Made by a program: the position numbers and the translations under genes
The notes under the pieces: generated by a model
What the model was told of the DNA's origin: nothing
Seen by the model: the letters and a program-made list of their open reading frames with translations, nothing else
The model's database searches: none
Part shown: piece after piece, positions 62,101-64,000 of the stretch
Numbering within the stretch: position 1 is the stretch's first letter
How the letters are laid out: each line of letters opens with the position of its first letter
Origin: Asterias rubens
Taxonomy: Eukaryota
Assembly: GCF_902459465.1 (NCBI RefSeq)
Contig: NC_047074.1
Span: 14,694,001-14,758,000, forward strand
DNA length: 64,000 nucleotides
Direction of reading: 5' to 3'

Positions 62101-63972
62101 CAAAAACTAAATTACTTCAGAGGGAGCCGTTTCTCACAATGTTTTATACCATCAACCTCTCCCCACTACTCGTTACCAAGTAAGGTTTTATGCTAATAAA
62201 TATTTTGAGTAATTACCAATAGTGCCAACTAAGCTTGGGCAATATCGATTTATTTTATTCACGATATATCACTGACAATATATCGCGATATTCGATATAA
62301 TCGCGATTAATGAAATTTGACATCATCAGTCTTCAAACTCCAAGTGAAAGTTGTAGAAGAGACAGTCCTAGCATAAGAGAGGTGTTCTAATGACCTATTC
62401 TTCTGCTTTTACTCCAAACCTATGGGGTGCAAGATGTCTCAGCGTGATATCGTCTCAGCGTGATATCGCCCAAACTTAGTGCCAACTGCCTTTAATTCAC
62501 ATACACGGCATAGAAAGAAAAAAAAGTTCATAACGGTGCGCTGCCAGCAACCCAGCAGCACTTGCGTTTGTGGCTAAAAAAAACCCTATTTATATTACCT
62601 TGATAAGAGGTGAGGCATTATTCATCTGGGAGAGAGCATCAGTGCAGAAAACTTGTACACCTTGTAATCGCTGAACTAACTGAGATCTCTGTTTCTGAGC
62701 TTTCTCAAGAAGTTTAGTCATCCCAGTCATGTCTTGATGATGCTGCTCTAATCTGAAAAGAGGAAAAGATAAGAAACAAACTGTAATCACTCTTAAAATT
62801 AATGGCAAGAAAAATCTTTGGTTTGAGGCCTACAGAAGCGCTTCATAGCATGGACAAACATTTCACTTTGAAGAACGATCCCAGTGGTTTGAGGCCTACA
62901 GCAGCGCTTCATAGTATGGACAAACATTTCACTTTGAAGAACGATCCCAGTGGTTTAAGGCCTACAGCAGCGCTTCATAGTATGGACAAACATTTCACTT
63001 TGAAGAACGATCCCAGTGGTTTGAGGCCTACAGCAGCGCTTCATAGTATGGACAAACATTTCACTTTGAAGAACAATCCCAGAAAGTGTTTCTTTTTGGC
63101 ATGGTGAAAACCGCAGCTCTCCGCATATTCATTTTGTTTAATATTGAATGCAGACCAAGCCCTGCTACATGTATGAAGCTTAATGAATACCTTGTCTGAT
63201 ACTGCTTGGTCTGATCACTCAATTTCTTATCTCTGTTGGCAAGTTCTTGACTATGTGCTGCCCTCTGTTGACCAAACTGCTTCTGATGATGGTCCGTAAG
63301 CTCAGCTAGCTGCTTCCGATGTGACTCTCTTAACTCTGCTTCTGAATGACTGCTTCGTAGCTGCAGTTCACGTAGGCGCTCGTCGATACATTTCTCTAGT
63401 TTCTCTTGCCAGTGTGCCTCTTGTTTCTGCTGGGCTGCTTCAAATTTAGCTTGTTGAAGAGTCAGCTCAAGTTGACTATTCTCCTGAAAGACATTCAATT
63501 AGTTTGATCAGTTTTCTTTTCAAGGATTATAATAAAGCAGACAAAAAAATTGAAAGAAGCAACAACAAATCTCTGAATAAACACTGCTAAGTGTATTGCA
63601 TATTCAAGTGTTTTGTATGCACAATCAAGATCATCTTTGATACCATTTTAGCCATTGTACCATTTCGTATTCTAGCATGAAGCCAAGGGCCCAAATACAT
63701 AAGGAGATAAGCACAAGCAACTTTACTTACCAAAGGCTGACCAGCCATGCACCAATTGGTTTTCTGCTAAGTGTTGCTTGCAGAAATTTGCTTAGCAATA
63801 TTAACTGCTTAAGCAGCTCTATGAAATTAGGCAAAGGTCATTCTCTTTTTTTGAAGATCCTGTATCTTACCTTGTCTCTTGATACTGAATTAAACTCATT
63901 CTTCAGCTTTTCCAACTCTTGCTCCTTAGTCGCCAGTAACTCTTCATTTCTTGCTTCCTTAGAAGATTTCGC
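56176..63972 (-). CDS. CNTROB: Centrobin-like coiled-coil protein, 3' part (gene begins beyond the window)
   Basis: Exons 63972-63871, 63483-63191, 62752-62599, 61807-61660, 61398-60649, 59612-59540, 58953-58881, 58099-57994, 57456-57092, 56298-56176; GT-AG with phases consistent in series. ELTLQQAKFEAAQQKQEAHWQEKLEKCIDERL...ELRESHRKQLAELTDHHQKQ...YQTRLEQHHQ...QRSQLVQRLQ aligns with the recalled human centrobin segment LEMSLVQARYESQRIQLE...LREHHRKQLQDLSGQHQQ...QRVELVERLQ. The last exon is the least certain. Confidence 0.8.
56417..56577. mobile_element. MITE with imperfect TIRs
   Basis: TTAGCCGGTTCATACTTCCTGCGAATGCGAT ... ATCACATTTGCAGGAAGTTTGAACCAAGCTTA; a related fragment lies at about 16953-16990. 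Confidence 0.65.
58265..58453. repeat. Near-perfect palindrome of about 190 bp (hairpin element)
   Basis: ACAAATATTGAGTGGCT...GGAATATTATCGC.AGGTAAAATTTGGACTG...TTTCAC / GTGAAA...CAGTCCAAATTTTACCGAGCGATAATATTCC...AGCCACTCAATATTTGT; apex GCAAAGC at 58353-58359. Confidence 0.88.
59119..59365. mobile_element. TTAA-flanked MITE, family B, internally deleted
   Basis: TTAA-AGGAACACGTTGCCTTGGATCGCTCGAGTTGG ... CCAACTCGAGTGATCCAAGGCAACGTGTTCCT. Confidence 0.85.
60027..60190 (+). mobile_element. Degenerate tRNA-containing SINE (homologous to the 45-bp satellite unit)
   Basis: GACAAACTAGGAAAACCATCAACATTAATGCTGGATAGCTTGGATGGTAGAGCGCC...GTTTCAAGTCCGAC...CACTCTAGTCAATT...TTTGTTCGACCC. Confidence 0.65.
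62000..62495. mobile_element. Family A MITE (5'-truncated), interrupted in its terminal repeat
   Basis: CCCTTGTCACACGAAGTT...GAGGGAGCCGTTTCTCACAATG...GAGTAATTACCAATA[insertion]GTGCCAACTGCCTTTAA. Confidence 0.8.
62230..62478. mobile_element. hAT-like MITE, 249 bp, 8-bp TSD
   Basis: TIRs TAAGCTTGGGCAATATC / GATATCGCCCAAACTTA; TSD GTGCCAAC at 62222-62229 and 62479-62486. Confidence 0.88.
62820..63080. repeat. 66-bp tandem repeat, 4 copies, in a centrobin intron
   Basis: GGTTTGAGGCCTACAGCAGCGCTTCATAGTATGGACAAACATTTCACTTTGAAGAACGATCCCAGT repeated four times. Confidence 0.93.
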
Positions 63973-64000
63973 CTACAGGGGTGAAAATATTGCCGTACAA

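Overview
AT-rich, intron-containing animal genomic DNA with no prokaryotic features. The NXPE duplicates, the intronless rhodopsin-type GPCR cluster and the MITE/SINE content suggest an echinoderm, probably a sea star (inference only). Hand-built gene models with GT-AG introns and consistent phases: CEP19 (+, 10.3-10.8 kb), BIVM (-, 7 coding exons, 16.6-21.7 kb), an SLC16/MCT transporter (+, 4 exons, 24.2-27.6 kb), two tandem NXPE genes (+, 31.0-35.1 and 37.3-41.9 kb), three tandem single-exon class A GPCRs (+, 43.3-49.1 kb) and the 3' ten exons of a centrobin-like gene (-, 56.2-64.0 kb, runs off the window). Non-coding DNA holds two satellite arrays of about 2 kb (54-bp and 45-bp units), several minisatellites, TTAA-flanked, Harbinger-like, hAT-like and P-like MITEs, palindromic hairpin elements and tRNA-derived SINEs. 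A decayed reading frame of unknown family lies at about 3.9-6.4 kb. Main leads: both NXPE paralogues lack the catalytic DxxH His; BIVM keeps a C39-like Cys-His-Asp triad and has a myristoylation motif; the 45-bp satellite appears to be an amplified piece of a SINE; the GPCRs are patchwork-homogenised in their intracellular parts; two hairpin elements share a GCGAAGC-type apex. No database searches were run; family names come from recalled motifs.
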